Below, piece by piece: positions 38,898 through 55,853 of a stretch of 64,000 nt of DNA; positions within the stretch are counted from its first letter, which is position 1; each line of letters begins with the position of its first letter. Under the pieces are notes generated by a model. The model saw nothing but the letters and a program-made list of their open reading frames with translations. It ran no database searches and was not told where the DNA came from. The translations under genes were made by a program, and so were the position numbers. The stretch is taken from positions 45,365 through 109,364 of the forward strand of contig MU626319.1 of the NCBI GenBank assembly GCA_025603075.1, read 5' to 3'. The DNA is from Neoconidiobolus thromboides FSU 785 (lineage: Eukaryota > Fungi > Entomophthoromycota).

Positions 38898-40630
38898 TTA
38901 TTGTTTAGTTTCAAAAGCTGGAATTCCAGTAATACCTCTACCTAAAATCAAAGCATGGATATCATGAGTACCTTCATAAGTATTGACGGATTCTAGATTG
39001 AGTACATGACGTATAATATGGTATTCGTCAGAGATACCGTTACCTCCTAAAACATCTCTCATATTTCTACTGATTTCCAATGATTTTCCACATGAATTAC
39101 GCTTAATTAAAGAAATCATTTCAGGAGCTATTTTACCCGCATCTTTTAATCTACCTACTTGTAAGCATGACATTAAAGCAATAGCTATCTATGATAATAG
39201 TTCAAAATGTATGAAGATAACTTGATAAGTTTTACTTACTTCAGTATTAGCGTCTGCAAACTTCTTTTGAATTAATTGAAAGCTAGCTAATGGTACACCA
39301 AATTGCTTACGATCTAAAGTATACTCTCTAGCCTGACTTAAACAGAATTCAGCTGCTCCTAAGGTACCCCAGGCGATACCATACCTAGCATTATTCAAAC
39401 AACCAAAAGGACCCTGAGATCGCTTTAATATAAGTCAAATAAGTATATAGTAAATTTACTTTTAATCCAGACACATTTGGTAATAAATTTTCGGCTGGTA
39501 TTTTAACATCTTCCATGGCAATCATACCAGTGATAGAAGCCCTTAATGAAAATTTACCTTCAATTTTTGGAGCGGATAAACCGGACATACCCTAGCAAGT
39601 TGAACCTTATAATCTTATTTTAATCACTATCAATTTTCCGCTTACCTTTTCCAATATGAACCCTTTGATCTTATTATCGCTGGTATCTTTTGCCCAAACT
39701 ACAAACACATCAGCAATAGGCGAATTAGTGATCCAATTTTTAGCCCCATTTAAAACATAAGATCCATCCGATTGTTTAACAGCCTTTGTTTCCATGGAGC
39801 TAGGATCTGACCCGTGGTTAGGCTCTGTTAATCCGAAGCAACCAACAAGTTCACCACTAGCTAATTTGATTTCAGCTCTCTAATTTTTATGAAAATCCAG
39901 ATATTATTTTCTTACCTAATTTTGGTAAATACTTTTCCTTTTGTGCTTCCGTACCATAAGCGTAAATTGGATGCATTACTAATGAAGACTGTACACTCAT
40001 TGCTGAACGATAACCACTATCCACTCTGGATTTAAAGTAAATAGCTATTCATTTAAAACTACTGATTATATGCTTACCTTTCTACTTCACGTGCGATTAA
40101 TCCATAGGCTACTGAAGAAGCACCAGCACAATTATAACCATTAATAGTAGCGCCTAATAAACCTAATTCACCCATTTCACTTAAGATTTCTCTGTCAAAA
40201 GCTGCATTTATTAATATGGTATTTTTTAAAAGAGTAATAATATAATTTTTACATTCATCTCTGAATCCTTTTAATACTCTTGGCATTAATTTATTTTGAC
40301 AATAGTTTCTGGCAGTGTCTCTATAGAGGAGTTAATTTATGTTTTAAAAAAAGTACTAAATGCTACCGCATCAATTTTTCCTCTTCAGTAAGAGCGGATT
40401 CAAGATTTAATGGATCTTTCCAATCGTATTTTACAAAAGCTAAAGAAATGGTTAAACTTATAGCGTTATAATTGAATAATTAAGTTTACTTGAGTTGGAT
40501 GCATATCTCACCTTAGTGTTTATAGCTAAAATTATAAAAAATTAAATCAGTATGACTCATATAGGTATAAATGCATCATGAACTTACCTATGAGTTTTTT
40601 GCTTTGATTTATAATTGTATTTAATTTCAT
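38898..40630 (-). CDS. GCDH: Mitochondrial glutaryl-CoA dehydrogenase
   Basis: [79 protein letters not shown] and [20 protein letters not shown]. Confidence 0.95.
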
Positions 40631-41614
40631 TCTTAAAGTCTTAAAAGATGAAAGTTTGATTTTTGACTTTTTTGATTTTTATACTTAAAATTTAGGCGAT
40701 GAATTCAAAACCTTAGTCACGTTTTTTGTATTCTTAAATTTCGATAAGTTTGAAATTTGACAGCTTTTTCTGTGACGTAGATAATTGAGTTTTTAGCAAT
40801 CGTTGTAAATTAAACTCGCTATTTCTGGGAATGATAGAGTATCCTGTCAATATGAAAATGATATTATACTATACTTTTATATCATAGCTTTTTATATCAG
40901 CAATCAATAATCATAATATATAGACGCTATGTAATTTTTGTATCCCATGATACGATCTCCCCTCAACTTAATATTATGCTAGAAGTTTAATAACCCTATT
41001 TTATTTTTATTTTTCAATGATTGGTTAGGTTTATTGATTTTTTTAGTATGTGAAATTATAGTAAAGTGACTATTTTTATATTAAAATGCAATAGGAATGC
41101 AATAAAAATTTGATCAATTACTGTATCCATGGTTATGATTAAAGCTAATTTATTATAATCTCCCTCTTTCCTTCTACTTTATAATTAATAGAATATCATT
41201 AATATGGTTTAAATAACATAGCATTATTATGTTTTAGTTATGTTATAAGAACATCTAGTAATTTTAAATCTTGTTCCTTTTTTATTCAGTCACAACATAT
41301 AAAACTTTTCTTACTGTAAGCTGTTTGTTAACTCTTCACCTTGTTGAAATGATTAGAACCAAATATTAAAAAAGGCTATTAGCCAAAACTATTTATTTTA
41401 AAATTAATGTCAATTAGATCTAATTCTATTAATACAAGATTTGATTTGATACTGTTGGACTATGTATATATTAAGTTGCTCTAAAAATTTTATAAAGTTC
41501 ATAGTGGTAGAAGTGTTGGTTTCTAGTAACAAAATATTTTACTAAAAGATAACTTGTATTTAAATAAAATTAAGCTTTTATGTTAGAATAAATTTAAAAG
41601 GATATAATATATAT

Positions 41615-41712
41615 GGGGATGTATTCTTGTATTTAACAATTTTACTAACAATTTTGCCACCCAAATAGCGCTTAAAAGATGGAGAAAGTAATGAAGCCAA
41701 AAAAATATCCCC
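41615..41712 (+). mobile_element. MITE family 1, copy I
   Basis: Near-consensus copy. Confidence 0.85.
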
Positions 41713-42034
41713 ATTAATTAAGATTTTTAACTTCAGCTTTAGTTGCCCATTTGGTGGAGTAATTTAATTTTTATAAGTCTATATTTTGGCTTACTACTAT
41801 ATTAACTTTTATTCTGTTTTTTATCTATCATTTATATGAAACTATTAAGAGCTTATGATAGGGCATATCTGTTTATCATATTAAACATAAAAACACAGAA
41901 ACACAAGTACTCGAGAAGTATGAGTTAACAAACAATGAAAATATATCTCAAGTTAAAAAAGCCAGCTTTAAGCAAAAATTACTATTAACTCATAACACAA
42001 TTTTAAATTTTGATTCTACAACCTAATATTATAC

Positions 42035-42129
42035 GGGGATGTTTTTTTGGCTTCATTACTTTTTCCATCTTTTAAGCGCTATTTGGGTGGAAAAATTGTT
42101 AGTAAAATTCTTGAAAAAAATATACCTCC
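42035..42129 (-). mobile_element. MITE family 1, copy J
   Basis: Reverse copy about 320 bp from copy I. Confidence 0.85.
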
Positions 42130-42519
42130 GTATGGTTGTTTTAACACTTTTATTTAGCTCTATCTGAGTTTTATTTTCCCATTTAGCTAGGTAAAACTAA
42201 TAACATGTTTAATGATAATAATTTATCGCTTTTATAGTAAGTTAATACTGTATACATTTTATATTGGTTATATTTAGTCTCAAGTATTCTATATTAATTA
42301 CATTTAATAGTAAGTATTTTTCCATCATATTGTTATTTTAGAAACTTCAATAAATAGTTACGTTGAAGAATCAATTCAATTTTTACTTTATTTCAATGAT
42401 AATAAAAAATAATATAGTAACCATTAATATTTAAATAAGAAATAATATGATAGATAGTTGAATTTAAGTCAAGAATAACAGATAATCAACATTAAAATTT
42501 AAAGAAATAGTTAAGAAAC

Positions 42520-43560
42520 ACTTACCGATCATAACAATTATAGCCAATCAATGGCTGGAATTTGAAATCTTCTATAATATTAGTATTCAGAAAACTTATA
42601 TTCTTCATTATTGTAATAGATAGAAATGTATTCAACTTAAAACTCATTAAAAAAATCAAACACTTTAACTGTTAGTGTTAATAAAATTAATGAGGTAGCT
42701 TACTGATAAGTAATCTCATTATCAAATCTAATTAGACAAACTTCATTAAGTGAGGTTTTAAAAACATCCGTTTCGATTTTTTTATAAATTGATATTATTT
42801 AATATTGACTACTCCTTTTCCATCTTCTACAATAAAGTTGTTTCTTTTAAATACTCCTTCTTTACTAAAATCCAAGCCTTTAAGTTTTATTTAGCCAAGA
42901 TTTGATGTCGTTAGAAGCAACTTTAGAAGCTCATTATTCAATTCATTTCTGAAATTCTCTTAAAGCTGGTAACTTAAAATGCTCAATTAGCTATATCTTG
43001 GTTGTAGTAACCTAAACTAATAATGCTTCTTATTCTTAATAGCTTTATAGCTTTACTATGTTTAAATAATTGAGAGTTACCAAAGGCCTCTGGTATACTA
43101 TTCGCTAACTTGACGCAATTAAAACCATTCCTTCCATTAAATTTGTAAACATTATTAAAATTTTTAAGACTATTTTTCTCTTCAAATCTTAATCGATTTA
43201 AATATTCCCAATTTTAAATTTTATAAATTATTGATTTTGATTTTATATTCATTTAAGTTATTGTTAATAGCATCAGTCTCTAGCATTTATGTTGAGTGTA
43301 GTTAATTTTTCAAGATTATAATTTTCTATTTGATATAATGAAATAATAAAACTATTAATTTCTAATACTCCAAGTTGTCTTATATTACTCTTGAAAATAT
43401 CCAAAACTTCTACGTAATTAGTCAAATTAAGTTTTAATTTTTTCAAACAATTTAAATTCGTTTCTTTATCGTACTTAATAATATCTCTGTCGTTTATGTA
43501 TTTGTTAAATTGAACATTAATAATACTTATGCAACAACTCAAATAGTTAATTGTACTGGC
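42520..43560 (-). pseudogene. Possible decayed LRR-like gene fragment
   Basis: 89-aa ORF with LKKLKLN, LGVLEI and LEKLTTLNI leucine periodicity; the downstream reading is broken by stops. Confidence 0.3.
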
Positions 43561-44950
43561 GTTTATATTTAAAGGTCATTAGCTTCCCATTTATAATAAT
43601 GAAGTTATATTGATATTGTTTGAATTATTAAAATTTAATTGACTATAAAGTGAATGTGCTGCAATAAAACTAATAACTCACACAGTTAGATTATATAAAT
43701 ATTTAGGAAACATAAGTTAACTAGTTCTTCCGGATAAACCTCTATAAACGCAATCTCAGGTATTATGTATGATAAAAATTTGAATAACTAATGCAGTCAA
43801 CATATTGACCTAAAATAAAATTACTGAAATTTAATTTTTTCTAACAAATTAATTAGTTTAAAAGTTTAATTAAAAACAAAACAGTTAAGTTTGAAGTTTT
43901 TGGATTAAATTTTAATTGAAAATTCTAAGAAACAAGCTTTGATTAAAATATCAAGCTTGTAAATTTTAATTGGTTTATTGATTAATATTACAAAGACTAT
44001 TGACTAAATTTATTTAACTTGTGTTATATATAGACAATGCTCATCAATGTTAAACTAACGAGAGTATATATTATTGTTCAACTTCAAAGAGATCTAAGTG
44101 CTTTTTATTATAAAAGTTGCCATTTCCAATAGAATCTCGCTATTTCTCTCTAACAAGTATTAAAATTAATAAATTATTTTAATTAAAAATAAATTAGTAA
44201 CAATTTCTATTACTTTATTTAGTCAAACATTCTATACCTTTTTTTAAAGTTTATAATATTCTTTATTTACACAATCTAGATATTCATGAAACACATCAGT
44301 ATCTGTGATTAAACAATCTGTGTCTTTGGTACTGCAACGAAAATACAATTTTTGAACACTATCCTTAGAAAGGTAATGTGTTATAGCTCTAAATTTATGA
44401 CCTTGATAAGTCTGTTTGTCAGCTATAAATATAGTACTGAGATCTGTGTTGCTATTTAAAATTATATCTTCATCAAATGCACCTTGTAAATTTTTATATA
44501 TTATCAGATTTTCTTCGATAGACTCTTTATCTAATGATCCTTGTTTACTTATTTTCCGTTCTTTTGAATTTATATTAAAAGTATTGTAAAATTAATAGTC
44601 ATATCTTCGCATTTTCACAAATATCAATAAATTTTATGAGAATTGCGCCTATTAACTAATTCAACCGTTTGGTTGAGCCACTTTTTATTAAGACATCAAA
44701 CCTTACAATTGACAATGATTTTTGATGAATATGCCCGCTCATTTATTATTGGCTACATTTCAATGGATTTATTTACTGACAAATAAAGGGTATGATGTAA
44801 AACATAAATTGGCAATGCCATGGCGGCATTTTATAATTTTTTTAAAAGCAAAGCTAATTATAATCTCTCTTAATTTCATCACTACTTAGCATATTAACCT
44901 TGCTTTATTAAAAAACATTTGTATAGCATACAAGTTTTGAAGTAGCCATT

Positions 44951-47900
44951 ATGGCAGTAAGTTTACCCTGGTAATTTTTTTGACAAAAATTTAATCCAAT
45001 TTCAAGGAGGACCTTACTAATAAACTCAAAGAAATCGAAGCCAAAATCTCTCATGAGGAGACTGTTTTGGCTGGTTTCAAGCACATGCTATCGGCACATT
45101 CAAAGCCAGACATTATTGCTCAATGTGAAGACGGAATCCAACAAAGTGAAACTATTTTAAGCTATTTTCGTTCAGAAAGAGAGAAGCTTATCTCAATGAT
45201 TAGGAGAAGTGCCCCTCAGGATCAAGACACTTCATTCACAAGTAACTCATTTTCATTTTATTACAAATAAATTCTAACATACATAGGCACCTCAGACCTG
45301 TTCAAAAACTTAAATAAAAAGCCCACTCAAAACCTTGCCAAAGGAAAGTTATCTGTCCTTGGTAATAGAGTACTTACTTAACTATCACAATTATTTAAAA
45401 TATATAGATTTTCGTAAACATAATCCTCCATTATCAAGGGAAATGATTACATATCGCATACAAGAGATTCAGCATAGATTAGAAATTGAAGAAAAAGTAA
45501 AAGCTGCTTATGAAAAGTTTCAAGGTACTACTGCCCTAAATAAAGATCTGGCTGCGCCTGACTCTCAAAATGAAGCAATTTTAAAGTTGGCGGATAGCAA
45601 TGATAAGATTAGAATATTTAACCTAGCGCTAAGGGAGCTTAAGCCTTTGACCTTAGCTACTCTTTCACTTGAGGATCCTGAAGGTAATAATACTATTCAT
45701 GAAACTATGACATTGTATAATAAATAATTTTTTATAGAACAAAACCTATTAAAACCAGGCTTACGTAGGCCAATGACAGGAACAATTAAAATCAAACTTC
45801 TTTCTGAACAGAATTTACAAAATATAGATCCTATAACGTCAACAATTGTGTTCCAAATCGATGGTAAAACGAGAGGCAAAATCAAGCTAAACTTTATTGA
45901 TCGTAAAGTGGATCACTTTGTTGCCAAAGTACATAAAGCAAATGAAATGGAACTTCATATTGTTAATGAATATAAAGATAAACCACCTTCAATTGTTGGA
46001 TTACTTTGGATCCCGCTTGCTGAAGTTTCTGACGATATTCGTAAAAGAAATGCAGGAAATATAGGGTGGGCACCTGCAGATGCATCAGGTCAAATCAATC
46101 GATCAAAAACAGTGGTTCGATCTACCGCAGATGGAAGTGATTTTGAAGTCATTGAGGATTGGTTTAAAGTGGAACCAGTTGGTAAATTGCTGTTAAGGAT
46201 GAACTTTAGTAAAAAAAATTTAATTGGTATTGAAATATAAAATTAATTTTTATAGTTAAATCAAATGTCCCTAAAAAACCACAAGCTTTACTTGGGCGTC
46301 AAGGTGCATTGAGGGTAGGGAAAGAAGCTGTTGCAGCTGAGATTAAAGGGCATCGTTTTGCTCGACGTGTGGTCTATCGACCACTTACATGCTCGGTATG
46401 TAATAAATTGACAGTGAACTCCACTGAATATCACTGTCAAGATTGTCGATACTTTTGCCATATTGCTTGTGCACCAGATGCGCTCACCACCTGTATCACA
46501 CGTTCCAATGATGATAATAGTGGTCGTAAAAGCCTTAATAAGATTTATAACATTCCACATCGATTTGAAAGTTCAACCACACTCGGTGCCAACTGGTGTT
46601 GTCATTGTGGACAGATGCTTTCTTTGGTTAGGGACAATGGAAAGAAATGTATAGGTATTGTTTAATTATTTTTAAACTTCAATATAATTAAATTTTGTTT
46701 AGAATGTGGTATTACTAGTCATATTGATTGTATGCACTTTGTACCCAACTTTTGTGGTCTTAGTAGGGAAATGGCAAAACAGCTTGTCGCAGCTGAAAGA
46801 AGATCAAAGTCAGATGCTGGTATGCGTCCCCCAACTTCACCAATTAAGCCTTCAATGATAACTGCTTTAGGACCACCAATAGATTCGCCAACGGATCAAA
46901 AACCTTCACCCTCATTAGAAGTACCAGGTGTTATAAGCCATAATAAAGTTAATAGTGTTCCATTTATAGAAAAAGTGGATGAAAGGCCTGCTATTACTGA
47001 ACTCAAAATACCTCCATTAACTACTAGACCAACGGAGATAGCACCTGTCAAAGCTACTATTGGTATACCAAAGCCAGCTTCTAAACCAAGAAAGGTTACA
47101 ATTAAGGATTACAACCTATTGGTAGTACTTGGTCGAGGCAACTTCGGAAAAGTAATGCTTGGGGAAGTTAAAGAGACAAAAGAATTGGTAGCAATAAAAA
47201 TTTTAAAGAAAGATGCGGCAATTGAAAATGATGAAGTAGATGCACTGAAATCGGAGCGTGAAGTTTTTAAACAAACTACAAAAGAGAGGCATCCATTCCT
47301 TGTACACATGGAAGCTTGTTTTACATCAAATGCGTCTATCTTTTTTGTAATGGAGTATGTAATTGGTGGAGATCTCATGTCTCTGATCCAACGTTTACGT
47401 AATTTTACACCTACTCAAACCAGGTTTTACACCGTAGAGGTTATTTTAGCTTTAGAATTTTTGCATAAGCGAAATATCATTTATCGTGATTTAAAATTGG
47501 ATAACATTATGCTTTGTGGGGATGGTCATATTAAAGTAGCAGACTATGGGTTGTGTAAGCTTAACATGCCTTATGGCTCAATCACTTCAACTTTTTGTGG
47601 AACACCTGAATTTATGGCACCTGAGGTAAAATCATTTATTAACACTTGATATTAATTTTAATTTTCTATAGATCCTCAATGAACGTAAATATGGCTCTTC
47701 AGTAGATTGGTGGTCATTAGGTGTTTTGATGTATCAAATGACTTTAGGACAGGTAATTGATCATAAACATGTAGAATACTGAATAACATTTTAATATTTT
47801 ATAGTCACCATTTACTGGAGCAGATGATATGGAAATCTTTGACTCAATTATTGAAGATGAAGTTTTATATCCGCTTTCATTGCCCCGTACTACAGTATCT

Positions 47901-48191
47901 ATTTTGGAACGCTTATTAACTAAGGATCCAAAGAAACGAATAGGATGTGGTCCAAGTGGCAGCGACGAAATTAAGCAACATCCTTACTTTAGAGATATCG
48001 ATTGGGATGCTCACTTCAAACGTCAAGTTACACCACCTTATATACCCAAGGTTAAAAATGGAAAGGATGTAACAAACTTTGATGAAGAGTTTACTTCACA
48101 ACCTCCTACGTTAACGCCTACCTCCTCCATGTTAACTCCAGTACAACAAAAGAAATTTGAAGGGTTTTCGTTTTACCATAAGAATTTATAA
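44951..48191 (+). CDS. PKC1: Fungal-type protein kinase C (HR1-HR1-C2-C1-C1-kinase)
   Basis: MA|[14 protein letters not shown] (HR1), C2-like region, pseudosubstrate GRQGALR, two C1 Zn fingers, [29 protein letters not shown] and C-terminal FEGFSF. Confidence 0.93.
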
Positions 48192-48364
48192 CTAGTAAAG
48201 AGATGTAATAAGGTTTTAATTTAATATAGTAAAAAATTGGTGTTGAATTATTAACAATGATTTAAAAATAAATAGTTTAAGTATAAAAAGAATACTATGC
48301 TTTCTATTAACCATTCAAAATTTAGACAGTATAAAATACTAACACTTTATTATCAAAAATAAAA

Positions 48365-51329
<2,965 letters not shown>

Positions 51330-51589
51330 TTTAGTGTATATCACTCTAATATTATAAAAAATAGTAAAAACAACAATAAATCAGAATAAATAAACCAAAT
51401 GATCTAATTTAGTTTAAATTTTAACAATGATTGGCTTACTATCAACGAATTAAATCTTTCCAATGGGTGGCTCAGTTTACTCTATTAAACTACTTTAAAA
51501 GTAAATGCGTATATATGGCAAATTATTAGACTTTTCCATAAATTTGATTGCTTTCTTATAACTACCATTTTTAAGCCCTGTATAGTGAA

Positions 51590-51800
51590 AAATTGGAACG
51601 AGAGCCCAATGATAAAAATTAATGTAATAAACTTGTGTGCTAAAAAAAGAAAGACTCCTATTGAAAAAGTTTATTTATCCTGGGTTTGATAAAGTTTCTT
51701 AACTATATCAATGCCTTAGCCTAATAGAAAAAAATATAAACCCACTTAACTTATTCACACCATTGGCCTCAAAGGAGCTTACGTCCCTTGAATTAAACTT
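51590..51800 (+). ncRNA. Candidate RNase MRP RNA (P4 pseudoknot motifs)
   Basis: GAAAGACTCC (51649-58) and CAAAGGAGCTTAC (51770-82) resemble CR-I/CR-V and can pair as P4. A P2-like long-range pairing links 51600-11 with 51761-70. CR-IV was not recognised and P1 is weak. Confidence 0.4.
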
Positions 51801-52016
51801 GCATTTGAGACGTCACAAAAAGACATTAGAAATTCGAATTGATGGGGCTCCGTATAATTTGTCTCCCTACAGACCCCAAATTGATCTTCGGAAGATTTAA
51901 ATCCAACTAATAGCATATTTTTGGGTAGATTTAATATGCAAAAAAAAAAATTTATTGCGAGTTTTATGTCTATTTAAAATTTTGGACTAAAACATTGATT
52001 TTTCGATCATAAATAT

Positions 52017-52251
52017 GAGTGTTTCAAAGCTAAGTTAAAGTTGAAAATAAAATTTTCTAATTCACTTTTCTGACCATCCCTATAACATAATGTTAAAAAA
52101 TTATTAAAACTGGATAAAAACGTTTCAATATGAGTAATATGAAATTAAGCAAAAAAATAGCTAATCTCATAGTACAAAGGTACTCGCTTAATTTACAATC
52201 TTTGGAAAAAACCAAATTGGACGAAATTTGAATCAAGTTTTTAACTAGCCC
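52017..52251 (+). mobile_element. ~235-bp element (family 2), left copy
   Basis: Reverse complement of 56307-56544 with only 2 substitutions over ~220 bp; begins ATAT|GAGTGTTTC. Confidence 0.85.
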
Positions 52252-52342
52252 ATTTATTAGCTTAAAATAATCAAAACAAAGGCATAGTAATTTAGCAGAA
52301 CAATAAACTAAAATTAAAATACCTTTCTTGTTATAAAATAAA

Positions 52343-54669
52343 ATGAGTAATTTGAATAACGAAGAGCTTCAACAATTCATTAAAGCTTTAGAACCACAAA
52401 AGTAATTTATCATCAAGATAAACTGAACGATTATTAACAATCAAATAGGAACTTGAGAAATAATTTTAATATTGGTAAAGAGAAGATCAATTTTTAAAGG
52501 AAGAGGCTAAATTTACAAATTAGATTTGAATAAAAAATTGAAAGAATATTTAAAACAAATCGAAACTATTTTTCTAGGGTTTAATAATACGGATGAAGGC
52601 CCTAATACTTACAGTTTTTCTCATGGTAAATTATAGTAGATATTAAATTACAATACGCTTATTTTGTATGTATTTAGCTGCTTTAATGCTCCAAAATACA
52701 ACTGTAGTTTATCATCGTAAAGTTGAATATCTATATCAATTGGCATACGCAGAAATGGTAGCGGAAAGGAAGTAATTAAGAAAATAATAAGGTATCTATG
52801 ACTAACTTCAAAATGTTTAGAAACAAATCGAAACATTTTGTTGGAGATAGTATTAGAAATTACGAAGACTATATTAATCAAGAACCTACATCTATTTTTA
52901 ACAACGGAGATTATATTGAAGGTGATAATTAGTAGTATGTACTATGGATTATAGTACTGATAATCTTTATTTAGCATCCACGAACATTGATAATCAAACT
53001 AACATAACTTTAAGTAAAACACAATTAAATATACCAGACTTATTGTTACCTAAAGAAGTAGAACAAAATATTTATCCATTAAATAACACAGTTTATGATC
53101 GTTATGGTAATTCTATTGGAAATTCATTAGACTTTATGGTAATTTAATATCAGAAGTGTAGTAATAAACTTAATATTAGTTTGTTTTATTTAACAGATGA
53201 ACCAGCTGAATTTAAGCCGATCAAATTTTAATTCAGCAATGAATGAGTCGATTGGATCGATTGAGGTTGGCCGTAGAGATAGTAAATATATATACCATGT
53301 TATATAGAAATATACTAATAGTAATGCTACTAGCAACGATGATAGATAATGGAATCGATAATGATTTTTATGATACACTAGGCTTTGATGATTATAATCC
53401 AAAAGATGACCAGAATCAAATTAATTTAACAGAAATGAACAATACTAATTTTGAAATCACCTCGTTGTCCAATGATGACATATTAAATCAATTATTATCA
53501 ACAAACTCAATTATCTTAGATCCCCATCAATCTATCCCTGATTTAGAATCGCCATTAAAAGAAGGTAGCATTAATACAATAATACAATAAAATTATATAA
53601 TGATCTCAATTGTAATAGTCGGACTAAAGGCAGTAATAAGTGATAATGTAGATGATCAAAGGGGTAAAAAGAAGACAAACAGTAAAAACAGTAATTTGGT
53701 ATATTTACTATTTATTTGATATTAACAATAATAGCAAACGACAAAGTATACTATAGTTATTCTACTTCAAATAGGAAATCAAAGAAAAGAAGCAACTTCC
53801 CAGGTAATAGCAAAGTACTAACCAAAGTATTAATTAATAATCATTGACCTTGTTATATTAGAATTAGAGCCGAACGATACTATACAAGAATTAGAAAGTA
53901 AGAAAAGAATCGATGATGCGTATATTGTGGAACAATATGATCAAAGTTTTAGAGACAACTATAATACTTTATTTACTAATTTAGATTTCGAAGTGGATTT
54001 TAACAATGAACAAGTAATAATTATATCAATCATTAAATATTGAATTGTTTTAACTTACTATTTTAGTACAATGATGAATCATCTTCATTTAATAATGACA
54101 ATAGTCAATCTCATTGGATAGATAATGAAAAGTACAATCAAATGGTGATACTATTAATTAATTGAATTGATATTGTTAATATTAACATCAATCTTAGAAA
54201 CCATTTTTAGAAGAAGCAGTTAGATTCGAATCCCAATTGGAATGTAAATTGAGTAGGAAAGTCAAACATTGGGATCACCATATTAAAAAGATATTAGCTG
54301 AACAAGTAAACATCAACGCTATATAAATTATGAAAATATTAATATTATATTAGAACAAAAAACCGGTATTCAACTTGTCAACTTATCAAAATAATATAAA
54401 TAACTGGTTACAATGTGGTATGTTTTGTTATTAATAATGTAGCTTAATGTATTTATATATTTTATAGATGAAGAGTTGGATTTCAAATCCAAGTTTAATC
54501 ATTCAGATCCCAAAGAAATTTCACGTTACTTTTTGGCTACTCTACATATGGTAATTTTAGTTTTAATTTTATTATATGACTATATAGTATTATTTTCAAG
54601 GCACAAGACAGTCATATTTCTATTGCTAGTTCAGATTCTTTGGAAAACTTTGTTATTATTAAGCAATAA
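52343..54669 (+). CDS. NCAPH2: Condensin II kleisin-beta subunit CAP-H2 (NCAPH2), ~16 exons, reading frame intact
   Basis: Manual GT-AG splicing gives an open ~500-aa frame: FIKALEPQKNLRNNFNIDLNKKLKEYLKQIE..FSHAALMLQNTTVVYHRKVEYLYQLA; YDRYGNSIGNSLDFMMN; LDPHQSI; LSRKVKHWDHHIKKILAEQNKKPVFNLSTY; EISRYFLATLHMAQD. These follow the human NCAPH2 N, middle and C motifs in order. Confidence 0.85.
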
Positions 54670-55319
54670 AATATAATCATAAGTTAACTTTATTGTTTTT
54701 ACATCCCTTTAAAGACGATGTAGCTTCTGAATAAAGTACCCTTTTTTTTGAAATTAAGATAGAATTTTAAAACTAGCTACATTTAATTAAAACTGAATAC
54801 TCAAACAGTAACAAACTGATTTTTCATCTTCTCATTATTAATTTAAGTTTGACGTTTTTCATTATATTATGATATTTTAAAACATGATCTCTTCAGTGTA
54901 CTACCATCAATTATTCTAAAATAATCTTACTTCGTTAAAAAATCTATAAATAGCTACTTAGTATTTTGTTGATTGGATGAATCTAGCTAAACAAATTTTG
55001 ATTTGAGGACAGCTTTTAAAAGCAATGTTTGATTAGTCAAAGCAATAAAGTGCTATTATTGGGTGTATATATCAAAGTATTGTTTCTAATAATTGTTTAA
55101 AATTATGAACTTAGATGAAGTCAAAGACTTCAAAATTTGATTATCACAATTCTACAAAAACATCTCGCTGTTAGCTTTTCAAGCTTCTAAGCCTATCCAC
55201 CCTCTACAATGTTTTTTGGTAAACAAAAACAAGGTCAGAAGGACTTCGAAATTATATAAATTAGTGATTAAAAATATTTTCGTTTTTCCATCTTCCAATC
55301 ATATTCATTACCTAAGCTC

Positions 55320-55495
55320 CAATAATCGCGCTTGAATAGTTTTTTACAAATTCAATCATTTTTCAAAAGCGCGTTTTTTTGATCCAAGTTTGAATTTTGA
55401 AATCTTGAAATTTCAAAACTTTCTAAATAAGGCAACCCAATTTGAATCTCATTATTTAAATTGAAACGAAAAAAAGAATTCAAAACTATAAAAAG
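55320..55495 (+). promoter_or_regulatory. Histone H4 promoter: two CGCG cores and a TATA box
   Basis: TCGCGC at 55326, GCGCGT at 55369, TATAAAAA at 55487, and CCAAT motifs just upstream. Confidence 0.45.
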
Positions 55496-55538
55496 AGAAC
55501 TTAAATCTTAAATCTTAATTTATTAAACTTCAAATTAA

Positions 55539-55853
<315 letters not shown>

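Noticed and set aside
44250-44620. Coding-like minus-strand stretch (NSKERKISKQGSLDKE..; KLYFRCSTKDTDC)
   Set aside because: No consistent start or splice phase could be built and no domain was recognised.
44715-44785. TGATGA...CTGA possible C/D-box snoRNA upstream of PKC1
   Set aside because: The spacing is short, I could not match an rRNA-complementary guide, and such words are common in AT-rich DNA.
54200-54669. Rad21/Rec8 as the identity of the kleisin
   Set aside because: The C-terminal winged helix is generic, but the N-terminal and middle motifs match CAP-H2 and the Rad21/Rec8 N-terminal signature is missing.
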